Assembly: GCA_001917995.1 (NCBI GenBank)
Contig: MNFB01000008.1
Location: 1 to 46,474 of the forward strand
Length of the DNA stretch: 46,474 bases
Reading direction: 5' to 3'
DNA from: Thaumarchaeota archaeon 13_1_40CM_4_38_7
Lineage (GTDB): Archaea > Thermoproteota > Nitrososphaeria > Nitrososphaerales > Nitrosopumilaceae
The notes beneath the pieces were generated by a model. It did no database searches and was not told the origin of the DNA. It was given only the letters and a program-made list of their open reading frames with translations. Of this stretch, positions 8,292-17,884 are shown piece by piece. The number at the start of each line of letters is the position of its first letter. Position 1 is the first letter of the stretch. The translations under genes were made by a program, and so were the position numbers.

Positions 8292-9785
8292 ATGATCAAA
8301 AAAATTCTAATCGCAAACAGGGGAGAAATAGCCATACGTGTCATAAAGACATGTAACGCACTTGGCATAAAATCAGTAGCAGTATATTCTGATGAAGACT
8401 TGAACTCAAAACACGTCAAGATGGCTTCTGAAGCATACCACATAGGTGCTGCATCCCCGGCACAAAGCTATCTTAACATGGAAAAAATAGTTGAAACTGC
8501 AGTAAGTTGTGGCTCGGACGCAATTCATCCAGGATATGGCTTCCTTTCCGAAAATGCAGATTTTGCTGATCTTTGTGAAAAAAATAAACTGAATTTCATT
8601 GGACCTTCAGGCGAGTCAATGAGACTGTGCGGTGACAAAATGCTATGTAAGGATGCAATGGCAAAAGCAAAGGTACCGACAGTTCCAGGCAGTCCTGGAA
8701 TAGTAGAAGAAGTTGAAAAAGCGCTTGATATTGCACATACTATAGGTTATCCTGTACTGCTAAAGTCAGTCTTCGGTGGTGGCGGTAGAGGAATTAGACT
8801 AGTACATAACGAACAAGAATTGAAGCAGGCATTTGAACTGGCATCTGGAGAATCCAAGGCTGCCTTTGGGAAATCTGCGCTTTTTGTAGAAAAATTTCTT
8901 CCAAAAATAAGGCACATTGAATTTCAGTTAGCACGAGACAAACATGGAAATGCAGTACACATCTTTGAACGAGAATGTTCTATTCAGAGAAGACATCAGA
9001 AGCTCATTGAAATGTCACCATCTCCAGTTGTTGATCAAAAGACACGTGATGAAGTAGGACAGCTAGCAGTCAAGGCCGTCACTGCAGTAGACTATGTCAA
9101 TGCCGGAACGGCTGAATTTCTAAGACTAGATGATGGTGCCTTCTACTTTATCGAGATAAATGCCAGACTGCAAGTCGAACACCCAGTAACCGAGCTGGTA
9201 TCAGGTCTTGATCTTGTAAAATTGCAAATTGACATAGCAAATGGTGAAGAGATACCCTTCAAACAAAAAGATCTAAAGGTCAACGGTTGTGCCATAGAAT
9301 GCAGAATAAATGCAGAAGATACATTTCTTGACTTTGCTCCTTCGACCGGCAGAATATCTGATGTAAACATTCCATCTGGTCCAGGAGTTAGAGTCGATAC
9401 GTATCTTTATCCAGGAAGTACCGTCTCTCCATATTATGATTCCTTAATGGCCAAACTTATCACGTGGGGACAGAATTTTGAAGAATCAAGACAAAGAATG
9501 CAAATTGCACTATCTGATTTCTACATAGAAGGAGTCGAGACATCTATACCATTATACAAAACAATATTGGATAGCAAAGAATTCATCAAGGGAGATCTAT
9601 CAACCGACTTTCTTGACAGATTCAAAATTTTAGATAGACTTCGTGATGACCTGAAAAAGGAAGCATCACAAAAAGGAGATGCGGCCCTTGCGGCAACCTT
9701 GGTACATTCAGAGTTTCTCAAAAACAGAATAAGGTCAAATAAGGAACAAAGCGTCCGCTGGAAAACGCAGTTGGATAGACACTAA
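8292..9785 (+). CDS. accC: Biotin carboxylase subunit of acetyl/propionyl-CoA carboxylase
   Basis: IANRGEIA, HPGYGFLSEN, GGGGRG, RECSIQRRHQK and RLQVEH motifs. Confidence 0.96.
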   Translation: MIKKILIANRGEIAIRVIKTCNALGIKSVAVYSDEDLNSKHVKMASEAYHIGAASPAQSYLNMEKIVETAVSCGSDAIHPGYGFLSENADFADLCEKNKLNFIGPSGESMRLCGDKMLCKDAMAKAKVPTVPGSPGIVEEVEKALDIAHTIGYPVLLKSVFGGGGRGIRLVHNEQELKQAFELASGESKAAFGKSALFVEKFLPKIRHIEFQLARDKHGNAVHIFERECSIQRRHQKLIEMSPSPVVDQKTRDEVGQLAVKAVTAVDYVNAGTAEFLRLDDGAFYFIEINARLQVEHPVTELVSGLDLVKLQIDIANGEEIPFKQKDLKVNGCAIECRINAEDTFLDFAPSTGRISDVNIPSGPGVRVDTYLYPGSTVSPYYDSLMAKLITWGQNFEESRQRMQIALSDFYIEGVETSIPLYKTILDSKEFIKGDLSTDFLDRFKILDRLRDDLKKEASQKGDAALAATLVHSEFLKNRIRSNKEQSVRWKTQLDRH

Positions 9786-9786
9786 G

Positions 9787-10299
9787 ATGAAATTCAAACT
9801 AGAAAATACAGAAGAAACTTTAGATGGAGAGATAGTAAAATCGCTTGGAAACAATGAATTCATTGTTAAGACAAAAGGAAAGGAACACCATCTAAGAATC
9901 CTGAACATGACTCATGAAAAAATTGAATTCATGTTAGACAACATTTACCATGTTGCCAAATACGTTGAAAATAGTACATCCAAAATAACGCTCGTCGTTG
10001 ATGGAGTAAAGATAACATTCAACAAACGCCCGGACTTTGACAAAATTGTTTACAAGAATTCTGGAGTAGAATCTGGAGTTGATTCACAAGTGTATTTGAA
10101 AAGCCAAATTCCTGGTAGAATCGTCTCGATTAACGTTTCTGTTGGTGATAAAGTTAACAAGGGTGATGTTGTATGTGTCTTGGAATCAATGAAGATGCAA
10201 GTTTCTATCAAATCGCATAAAGATGGTGTTATCAAGTCTCTAAAAATAAAACAAGGAGCACCTGTCGCAAAGAATGATGTTCTTGCAGAGATAGAATAA
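9787..10299 (+). CDS. accB: Biotin carboxyl carrier protein
   Basis: C-terminal biotinyl domain with ESMKM. Confidence 0.94.
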   Translation: MKFKLENTEETLDGEIVKSLGNNEFIVKTKGKEHHLRILNMTHEKIEFMLDNIYHVAKYVENSTSKITLVVDGVKITFNKRPDFDKIVYKNSGVESGVDSQVYLKSQIPGRIVSINVSVGDKVNKGDVVCVLESMKMQVSIKSHKDGVIKSLKIKQGAPVAKNDVLAEIE

Positions 10300-10341
10300 G
10301 GATTGAAAATTATTTTAAAATAAAATTAGAAAGAATTCCTT

Positions 10342-10806
10342 TTACTTTTTTAGAAAATTCATTATTTCTTGATAATTAGGCTCTATCAGAGGATTGTCTG
10401 AAACCCACTTGTACACAACCTTGCCGCCCTCGTCTACAATAAAGACAGATCTTTTTGCAGCATCATATCCTTTTACATGTAAGAGATCTGGCATGAGTAC
10501 GCCATAATCACGTATTGTCTGACTTTTGTAATCGCCTAAGACAGGAAAGTTGAGATGGTTAGCCTCTGCAAATGCCTTATTTGCAAATGGTCCGTCATTG
10601 CTTACCCCTATTACCTGTGCGCCTAGTTTTGATATCTCATTCCATTGATCTCTGAAGGTGCACATTTCTTTGGTGCAAACAGGAGAACTTGCAGCAACAA
10701 AAAATGAAAGAACCACTTTCTTTCCTTTAAACTCGTCTAAGGTTCTCATCTTGAGATCTGTATCGACTAGAGTAAATGGCGGTGCACCCTCTCCAACATT
10801 TACCAT
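10342..10806 (-). CDS. bcp: Peroxiredoxin, BCP/PrxQ type
   Basis: SPVCTKEMC (peroxidatic plus resolving Cys) and RSVFIVD. Start taken at MVNVG. Confidence 0.88.
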   Translation of the reverse strand: MVNVGEGAPPFTLVDTDLKMRTLDEFKGKKVVLSFFVAASSPVCTKEMCTFRDQWNEISKLGAQVIGVSNDGPFANKAFAEANHLNFPVLGDYKSQTIRDYGVLMPDLLHVKGYDAAKRSVFIVDEGGKVVYKWVSDNPLIEPNYQEIMNFLKK

Positions 10807-10986
10807 GGAAGAATTTTTGTTATCGTCATATATCAATCATTTTTACATACATTGGAAATGTAATTAATTCATGAATGAAGATTTACTTGATTTATAGAAA
10901 ATTGATGAAAAATTTGTCCTGAATTAAAATAATGCTAGCATAATGTGCATAGATTTTTATACTCTCCGATTGGCTTGTTAGCTGCT

Positions 10987-11361
10987 TTGGTAGGAGAAGC
11001 TGCAACTAGTTTTAGTCCAGTTTTGCTATTGTTTGGATTTGCAGTTGTAGCTACAGGACCAACACTGATTATATCGAGGATGATTGCACCACGGCGTACA
11101 AGCAATCCTGTCAAGTTCCTTCCAATGGATGCAGGTCAAGTTCCAAAGGGTGAAGGTCGTACTCATTTTATGATGCAGTACTACGCATTTGTCTTGATGT
11201 TTGTAGTGTTCGATGTTATGTCAATTTTCTTGTATGCGTGGGGTAGTAGTATCTCAAGCTTGCCCAAGTCAGCTACTCTTCCGATTATAGGTTTCTTGGC
11301 AGTAATGTTTGCTGCATTTGCTTATGCATTATATCAAGCAGGGAGGAAGGACATTTGGTAA
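10987..11361 (+). CDS. nuoA: Complex I subunit A
   Basis: QYYAFVLMFVVFDV motif. In-frame TTG start at 10987 lies about 27 bp after TTTATA; the ORF track extends to 10945. Confidence 0.92.
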   Translation: MVGEAATSFSPVLLLFGFAVVATGPTLIISRMIAPRRTSNPVKFLPMDAGQVPKGEGRTHFMMQYYAFVLMFVVFDVMSIFLYAWGSSISSLPKSATLPIIGFLAVMFAAFAYALYQAGRKDIW

Positions 11362-11404
11362 CTTTTAAATCAAATATTGATGGACTCTGGGATAGGGAAG
11401 AAGA

Positions 11405-11932
11405 TTGCTAAAAGAACTATTCAGTCAAGATACTGCACCGCATGCAACAAATGTCTTGATAGGAAAGCTTGGCGAAGTTCTAATAAGAGCAGTCGGAAAA
11501 CCACTAAACTTGGCCGTAAATTGGGGGCGACTCTGGTCATTGTGGCCTGTACATCTTGAGACAGCATGTTGTAGTGTAGAATTTGGTGCTGCTTCAAGTC
11601 CAAGATATGATGTAGAACGATTCGGCATCATAGAGGCATTTGGTTCTCTTCGACAATGTGATCTCATCGTCGTAATGGGAACAATTACCAGAAAAATGGC
11701 ACCAAGATTGAGAATGGTCTATGATCAAATGCCTGATCCAAAGTATGTGATAGCAATGGGCGCATGTGCGATTACCGGAGGATTGTACTTTGATTCGTAT
11801 AACGTACTTCCTGGTATTGATGGAGTACTTCCTGTTGATGTCTATGTTCCTGGTTGTCCGCCAAGACCTGAAACTCTAATTCAAGGATGCATGCTACTTC
11901 AAGAAAAAATTAAACGAATGAAGGCTGTATAG
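11405..11932 (+). CDS. nuoB: Complex I subunit B
   Basis: TACCSVE, MGAC and VPGCPPRPE (N2 cluster ligands). Confidence 0.97.
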   Translation: MLKELFSQDTAPHATNVLIGKLGEVLIRAVGKPLNLAVNWGRLWSLWPVHLETACCSVEFGAASSPRYDVERFGIIEAFGSLRQCDLIVVMGTITRKMAPRLRMVYDQMPDPKYVIAMGACAITGGLYFDSYNVLPGIDGVLPVDVYVPGCPPRPETLIQGCMLLQEKIKRMKAV

Positions 11933-11934
11933 CG

Positions 11935-12606
11935 ATGGTAAAAAAAAAAGAAAAGGACAAAGAACCCAGTGAGACTACGGATGCACATTCTGACAAACCC
12001 GAACCTACAGATACTGATCTAGCTAACACGTTAACAAAAGAAGAATTACGCAAATTCTATGAAGAAAAGGGAATAGACCTATCTCTTGACATCCCAATTC
12101 ATCCAAAACCAATCCCACAGTTTGAAAAATCAGTATCTGATAAAATCGCTTCAAAATTTGGTTCTAAGGTAAACGTAGATTATGTAAGGCCAAACAGAAT
12201 CAGAATGAGTACAAAAAGAGAAGATATTTTGGATGTTGCTTACTTTATACGTGATGAACTTGGATATGACCACGCCGAATCAGTTGCCGGGGTGGATTAT
12301 CCAGATTCAAAGGAAATAGAGATTGTATATCATTTAGGCTCTTATACCGATGAACAAAAAGAAAGCCAAATTCTATCCCTTGCAACTAGAGTTCCACGTG
12401 AAGACATTCCTCATCCAGGCAAAGACCGTTCTAGGACTCCAACATTGCGTGATGTATTTTACAGCGTTGAATTTCATGAAAGAGAATGTTTTGAGATGTT
12501 CGGAGTATATTTCGAAGGACATCCCGATAACAGAAGATTACTTCTGCCAGAAGATTGGGCAGACATTCCACCATTTAGAAAGGATTTCAAGATAAAGGGA
12601 CGATAA
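11935..12606 (+). CDS. nuoC: Complex I subunit C
   Basis: ERECFEMFGVYFEGHP...PFRKDF motif, with a charged N-terminal extension. Confidence 0.95.
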   Translation: MVKKKEKDKEPSETTDAHSDKPEPTDTDLANTLTKEELRKFYEEKGIDLSLDIPIHPKPIPQFEKSVSDKIASKFGSKVNVDYVRPNRIRMSTKREDILDVAYFIRDELGYDHAESVAGVDYPDSKEIEIVYHLGSYTDEQKESQILSLATRVPREDIPHPGKDRSRTPTLRDVFYSVEFHERECFEMFGVYFEGHPDNRRLLLPEDWADIPPFRKDFKIKGR

Positions 12607-12607
12607 A

Positions 12608-13741
12608 ATGACAACACCACTACCGCCTGGAATAGAACTTGAGAAAATAGATGAAAGGATAATGACATTAAACGTAGGTCCTCAACATCCAGGCTCTGGC
12701 CATATGAGGCTTATCATAAAAGTTGATGGAGATTACATTGTGTCATGTGATCCAGATCCAGGATATGTTCATCGCGGAGAAGAAAAAATGGCAGAATACA
12801 GAAACTACATACAAAACATTCCACATCTTGAAAGACCGGTGATCCACGATTCTTCAAATATTTTGTATCCATATTGTCTTGCCGTTGAAGAACTCCTAGA
12901 CATCGAAGTTCCGGAAAGAGCAAAGTACGTCCGAGTTATTGCATCTGAATTGAATCGATGTATCTATACATTGTATTGGCTTGCAATCTATGGAATTTTC
13001 CTAGGTCACTCAACTATGTTTATGTGGCCTGCAGGAGACAGAGAATTATTCATAGATCTTTTAGAAGCGATGTCTGGCGCAAGAGTGACCCATGCATTTC
13101 TTGTTCCGGGAGGAGTTCGTAATGACTTGCCTGCTAACTTTGAAGAAAGATGTCTCAGACAAGTAAATTACTTCGAAAAAAGGTTGAAGGAATATGAAGC
13201 TATATTCTATCAGAATCCTCTTTTAATAGCAAGAACAGCGGGTACTGGAATTTTATCAAGAACTGATGCCATAAGACTTGGGACTACGGGTTCGGTTCTT
13301 AGAGCATCTGGTGTGGACTTTGATGTTAGGAAAAAGGAACCATATGACGTGTATGAAAATCTAGATTTTGAGACAGTAGTAATGAAGGAAGGCGATTCTT
13401 ACGCTAGATCTCGTGTTCCTTATCTTGAGATGTTTGAAAGTTGCAGGATAATTAAGGACGCGTTACAAAAAATGCCAAAGTCCGGCTCTGTCCGCACAAA
13501 ACTAAAGCCAAACCCAAAGGGAGGAAATGATGAGGTTTATCGCAGAGTAGAATCAGGACGGGGAGCTCTTGGATATTACATAGTGTCTAACAACAGACCA
13601 GAGCCATACAGAGTCAAGATAAGTGTTGGCTCATTTAGGAACTTGATCTGTATACCGTATTTATTAAAAGGAGAAAAACTAGGAAACATGCCTGCTGTGT
13701 ATTGGAGTCTGAACTACTGGCCAGTGGAGGCAGATAGATAA
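12608..13741 (+). CDS. nuoD: Complex I subunit D
   Basis: GPQHP, GYVHRGEEK and ESGRG motifs; no NiFe CxxC motifs. Confidence 0.96.
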   Translation: MTTPLPPGIELEKIDERIMTLNVGPQHPGSGHMRLIIKVDGDYIVSCDPDPGYVHRGEEKMAEYRNYIQNIPHLERPVIHDSSNILYPYCLAVEELLDIEVPERAKYVRVIASELNRCIYTLYWLAIYGIFLGHSTMFMWPAGDRELFIDLLEAMSGARVTHAFLVPGGVRNDLPANFEERCLRQVNYFEKRLKEYEAIFYQNPLLIARTAGTGILSRTDAIRLGTTGSVLRASGVDFDVRKKEPYDVYENLDFETVVMKEGDSYARSRVPYLEMFESCRIIKDALQKMPKSGSVRTKLKPNPKGGNDEVYRRVESGRGALGYYIVSNNRPEPYRVKISVGSFRNLICIPYLLKGEKLGNMPAVYWSLNYWPVEADR

Positions 13742-15043
13742 ATGTCTACAATTGCTCCTGAATTTCGATTAAGCAGATTCATTGCATCCCTCGTTGACAT
13801 AATATTTTGGATCCTGCTGATATTCACCATAGTCGGGCTCCCAATCGTCTTCATAATGTTATTCTACATTAAACTGCCTGTAATTAATGGACAGCTTCTT
13901 ACTCCATATCTTGCACTGACTTGGCTTGCTGATCCATCGCGAACTATTCCAATTATCAAGTCTTTCATACACTCAACATTCTTCAGAGTTGCTGTATTTC
14001 CAGGATTTGGATTTGCGGCTCTTCTTGCTGCAGCAACAATCTTCGTAGAGAGAAAGTTCCTTGCTAAGATGCAACTAAGAGTAGGACCACTTTATTGTGG
14101 AAAAATAGAGGGAATACTCCAATTGATGGGAGATGGACTCAAGCTAATGTCTAAGGAAATAATAATTCCAGCTAAAGCTGACAAACCAATTTTCTGGATA
14201 GGTCCTCTGTTGTTTGTAGGTACTGCGGGCGCGTTTGTATCATTGATTCCAGTTGCACCAGGTTGGGTCGTAGCAAATCCTAACGTAGGACTGCTAGCTG
14301 TTTTTGCCACCATTGGTTTCTTTCCTATAATCGTAGTACTTTCTGCATGGGCTGCAAATAGCAAATGGACGTTCATCGGGGGACTAAGAGCACTACATCA
14401 AATGATTTCGTTTGAAATTCCATTGATCTTATCTCTTCTTAGCATAGTAATTTTATCCGGTACACTGAACCTCTCGCAAATAGTTGAATCTCAAAAACAT
14501 TATTGGTGGATAGTCTTTACACCTATTAGCGCAATTGTATTTTTTATTACGATCATAGCTGAGCTTGAAAGAATACCATTTGATCTACCTGAAGCAGAAA
14601 GCGAGATAGTAGCAGGATGGTTAACGGAATTCTCAGGAATGATGTACGGATTGATTCAGCTTGGAACTTATTTGAAACTCTACGCATTTGCTGGATTATT
14701 TACTGTCCTATTTCTTGGGGGTTGGAACGGCCCAATGGTCTGGCCTCCATTCCCAACGGATATCATTACGAATGGAATTACAATTGGTCCTATAACTGCA
14801 AAATTCCCTGGTCTTCCTCTATTTGATCAGGAAATGCTCAATGGTACGTTATGGTTTGTTATCAAAACTGTAGGAGTAATTCTAGTGATATTGCTGCCAC
14901 GTGGTGTCTTTCCAAGAATAAGAATCGATATGCTATTGCATACTGGTTGGTACAAATGGATAGGCTTGGCATTCGTTAACATCTTTATAGCTCTCGGATT
15001 GTTATATGCAGGTGTCTTGGGCCCAGGAGGATTGATACAATGA
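13742..15043 (+). CDS. nuoH: Complex I subunit H
   Basis: ERK..A.MQ.RVGP, DGLKL and PFDLPEAESE motifs. Confidence 0.96.
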   Translation: MSTIAPEFRLSRFIASLVDIIFWILLIFTIVGLPIVFIMLFYIKLPVINGQLLTPYLALTWLADPSRTIPIIKSFIHSTFFRVAVFPGFGFAALLAAATIFVERKFLAKMQLRVGPLYCGKIEGILQLMGDGLKLMSKEIIIPAKADKPIFWIGPLLFVGTAGAFVSLIPVAPGWVVANPNVGLLAVFATIGFFPIIVVLSAWAANSKWTFIGGLRALHQMISFEIPLILSLLSIVILSGTLNLSQIVESQKHYWWIVFTPISAIVFFITIIAELERIPFDLPEAESEIVAGWLTEFSGMMYGLIQLGTYLKLYAFAGLFTVLFLGGWNGPMVWPPFPTDIITNGITIGPITAKFPGLPLFDQEMLNGTLWFVIKTVGVILVILLPRGVFPRIRIDMLLHTGWYKWIGLAFVNIFIALGLLYAGVLGPGGLIQ

Positions 15044-15537
15044 GTACCGCAGGGGGAATCATCAAAGCACTCAATTCAGGCATGAAACATCTTGCCGTCA
15101 AGAGATTCACGTTACGATACCCAGAACAGAAATTGAAATTCGTTGGTGATGGCTTTCAATTCAATCCAGAAACAGGAGTAGGAATTGCTGGACTACGAGG
15201 GAGGCATATACTATACCATGAACATTGTACTGGTTGCCAACTTTGCGCTGTAGCATGTGAAGGGATAGCAGAAGCCATAGGTATGGTCAAGGTAAACGAA
15301 TCATGGAAACAAAACAAGAAAGCAATAATGCCACAGATAGATTATGGCAAGTGTGTATTCTGTGGTCTATGCGTAGATGCATGTCCTTTCTATGCACTGT
15401 ACATGACAAACGACTATGAGCTTTCTTCCTTTACCAAGTCTGCTTTAATATATACCCCTGCTCAGCTCGCTGTAAAACCCAAGATGTCACAAGATGTCGA
15501 AATAAAGATCGATGACAGGGGTGCATCACATGGTTGA
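15040..15537 (+). CDS. nuoI: Complex I subunit I
   Basis: Two CxxCxxCxxxC 4Fe-4S motifs. Confidence 0.96.
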   Translation: MSTAGGIIKALNSGMKHLAVKRFTLRYPEQKLKFVGDGFQFNPETGVGIAGLRGRHILYHEHCTGCQLCAVACEGIAEAIGMVKVNESWKQNKKAIMPQIDYGKCVFCGLCVDACPFYALYMTNDYELSSFTKSALIYTPAQLAVKPKMSQDVEIKIDDRGASHG

Positions 15538-16042
15538 TTCCATATTCTTAGCTCTTTCTGTTTTAACAATTGGTTCTGCAATCGTTGCGCTTGAGATACG
15601 CTCATTAATTTACGGATCAATCGGACTCATGCTGACATTATCTGGAATAGCCGGATTTTTCTTACTTTTAGACGCGCCTTTTGTAGCAATGTTCCAACTT
15701 TCTGTATATGTGGGTTCTATAGCGGTGCTCATCCTTTTCACCGTCATGCTAGTTAGACGTGAACTTATCTTCAACAAGATAGAGGACTCGAGACGAAGAT
15801 ACGCAGGAATAGGATTAATGATAATTATGATGCTTGGAATTGGAACAATAATCATCGGTTCAGGTCTGAAATCAATGGAGACTGATACTGCATCAGTAGA
15901 CTACAAAAAGATAGGCGAGGACTTTCTTACTTACTATTCACCCGCGCTCATAGTAATGGCGCTAATTCTAGCATCTGCTGTAATTGGAGCTTTGGCATTA
16001 GCTAGAAGGGAGGATGTAACAAGTGACCAACGCGCTGATTGA
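15530..16042 (+). CDS. nuoJ: Complex I subunit J
   Basis: Q..VYVGSIAVLILF motif. Start taken at MVDSI. Confidence 0.93.
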   Translation: MVDSIFLALSVLTIGSAIVALEIRSLIYGSIGLMLTLSGIAGFFLLLDAPFVAMFQLSVYVGSIAVLILFTVMLVRRELIFNKIEDSRRRYAGIGLMIIMMLGIGTIIIGSGLKSMETDTASVDYKKIGEDFLTYYSPALIVMALILASAVIGALALARREDVTSDQRAD

Positions 16043-16328
16043 TTTTGTTCTAGTTTCGGTGGCTCTGTTAGCTATCGGAATATACGGACTGTCAGTGAAA
16101 AGAAATGCAATTAGGATGCTTTTTGCGGTGGAAATGATTGTTAATTCAGCAAATCTAAATTTGGTTGCCTTTGCACGATTCATTCCAAATAGTCAAGGAC
16201 AAACATTAGCTCTGTTTTCTATTGCAATTGCGGCAGCCGAAGTTGCCGTGGGGCTGGCATTAGTCATTGTAGCGTATAGAATGTACAATAATATCGATAT
16301 AGCGGATTTCAGGAGTTTGAAAGGATAA
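16023..16328 (+). CDS. nuoK: Complex I subunit K
   Basis: 101 aa with IAAAEVAVGLA. Confidence 0.95.
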   Translation: MTNALIDFVLVSVALLAIGIYGLSVKRNAIRMLFAVEMIVNSANLNLVAFARFIPNSQGQTLALFSIAIAAAEVAVGLALVIVAYRMYNNIDIADFRSLKG

Positions 16329-17881
16329 TGCAATTTATACTACTGCAGGCGGTCTTTTTACCATTGCTATTGTCACCAGTAGCATATCTACTTGGAAAAA
16401 AATTTGGCCCTAATATGTCAGCTTGGTTCAGCTTTGGACTTTTGTTGTATTGTACAACAATAATGATTACATCTGTATTCTCAGGAACCTATGAAGAACA
16501 TTATCGTTGGACTCAGCTATTTGGCGAATTCGGCCTATTGCTTGATGGTCTAGCATCGCCATTTGCTATAATAATCTATGTAGTGTCTACAGTGATGGTA
16601 TTATTTTCAAAACCATACATGATTGCAAAGATAACATTACAATTTGAAGAAAGAGCAAATTCGCAAAAACAATTGATTGGTGGTGGAACTATGATAGAAT
16701 CCTCATCGTTGAAAAATTATGTCAATAATCAGATTGGTGCATACTTTGCGCTCTTTCTTGTTATGGCAATGGGAATGTTAGGTACAGTTCTTGCGACTAA
16801 CTTGATAGAATTCTATGTCTTCTTTGAAGTAATGCTTATCCCAGCATTTTTCATGATAGCATTCTGGGGATACGAAGCGAAACGAAGAGTGGCTTTGTTA
16901 TTCTTCTTCTGGACGCATGTTGGGGCAGTAATTCTTCTTCTCGGTTTTCTTGCGATAGGACTTAACGCTGGAAGTTTTAATTTTGCTGATATCAAGGAAC
17001 ACGGAATACCACAAAACATTCTGGCACTTGCAGCAGTTGGAATAATAATTGGACTTGGTGTGAAGATGGCAGCGTTTGTGGTACACATATGGCTACCTCA
17101 CGTCTATCGTGCAGCACCAACACCACTTAATGCATTGTCATCAGGCGCAATGCTAGGAGTGGGCGCATACGGCTTTTTTAGATTATTAATAATGCTCTTA
17201 CCAGGAGAATATTCTCACTTTGCATTATTCCTAAATCTGTGGGGTCTAGCTACGATGATGTATGGCGGAATAATGGCATTGGTACAAGATGATATCAGAA
17301 AGTTGTTTGCTTATTCAAGTATAAGTCAGATGGGTTACATCATCTTCGGAATTGGGTCTGCATCAGCACTAGGATTATCTGGAGCTGAGATGATGTTTGT
17401 TTCTCACAGTCTTGGCAAAGTATTGCTCTTCATGATGGTAGGTGCCATAGTTTTACAAGTTGGAACCCGAAGTATTACAAAGATGGGTGGACTTGCAGGA
17501 AAAATGCCAATAACCGCCGTCTGTGCTATGATAGGTGCTCTTACTATAATGGGTGTCCCACCAACCAGCGGATTCATGGCAGAGTGGACCATGTTCTATG
17601 GCGTTTTACAGACCGCAATTCAGCAAGGTTCAACCATCAGAATGATTGCATTCGGTTTAGGACTGGTTGCAACCGTTATTACCATGGCTTATGTCTTGTG
17701 GATGATAAAAAGAGTTTTCTTTGGAAAACTACCAGAAAATCTAGAAAATACAAAAGAAGCTAACTGGTACGTCACTGGACCAATGATGGTTCTAGCAGGA
17801 TTTACTGTTGTTATTGGAATATATCCTGACATTTTCTTTAACCAGATAGTTCCTTTCATGAAAGGATTGGTGGGAGTGTAG
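16328..17881 (+). CDS. nuoM: Complex I subunit M
   Basis: FYVFFE, HIWLP and AYSSISQMG motifs of an antiporter-like subunit. Confidence 0.92.
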   Translation: MQFILLQAVFLPLLLSPVAYLLGKKFGPNMSAWFSFGLLLYCTTIMITSVFSGTYEEHYRWTQLFGEFGLLLDGLASPFAIIIYVVSTVMVLFSKPYMIAKITLQFEERANSQKQLIGGGTMIESSSLKNYVNNQIGAYFALFLVMAMGMLGTVLATNLIEFYVFFEVMLIPAFFMIAFWGYEAKRRVALLFFFWTHVGAVILLLGFLAIGLNAGSFNFADIKEHGIPQNILALAAVGIIIGLGVKMAAFVVHIWLPHVYRAAPTPLNALSSGAMLGVGAYGFFRLLIMLLPGEYSHFALFLNLWGLATMMYGGIMALVQDDIRKLFAYSSISQMGYIIFGIGSASALGLSGAEMMFVSHSLGKVLLFMMVGAIVLQVGTRSITKMGGLAGKMPITAVCAMIGALTIMGVPPTSGFMAEWTMFYGVLQTAIQQGSTIRMIAFGLGLVATVITMAYVLWMIKRVFFGKLPENLENTKEANWYVTGPMMVLAGFTVVIGIYPDIFFNQIVPFMKGLVGV

Positions 17882-17884
17882 AAT

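Noticed and set aside
10060-10080. Short repeat TCTGGAGT in accB
   Set aside because: It encodes an in-frame linker (SGVESGV) and is trivial.
10870-10925. TGATGA...CTGA box-like pattern
   Set aside because: It lies in an AT-rich divergent promoter region with no terminal stem and no recognisable rRNA-complementary guide.
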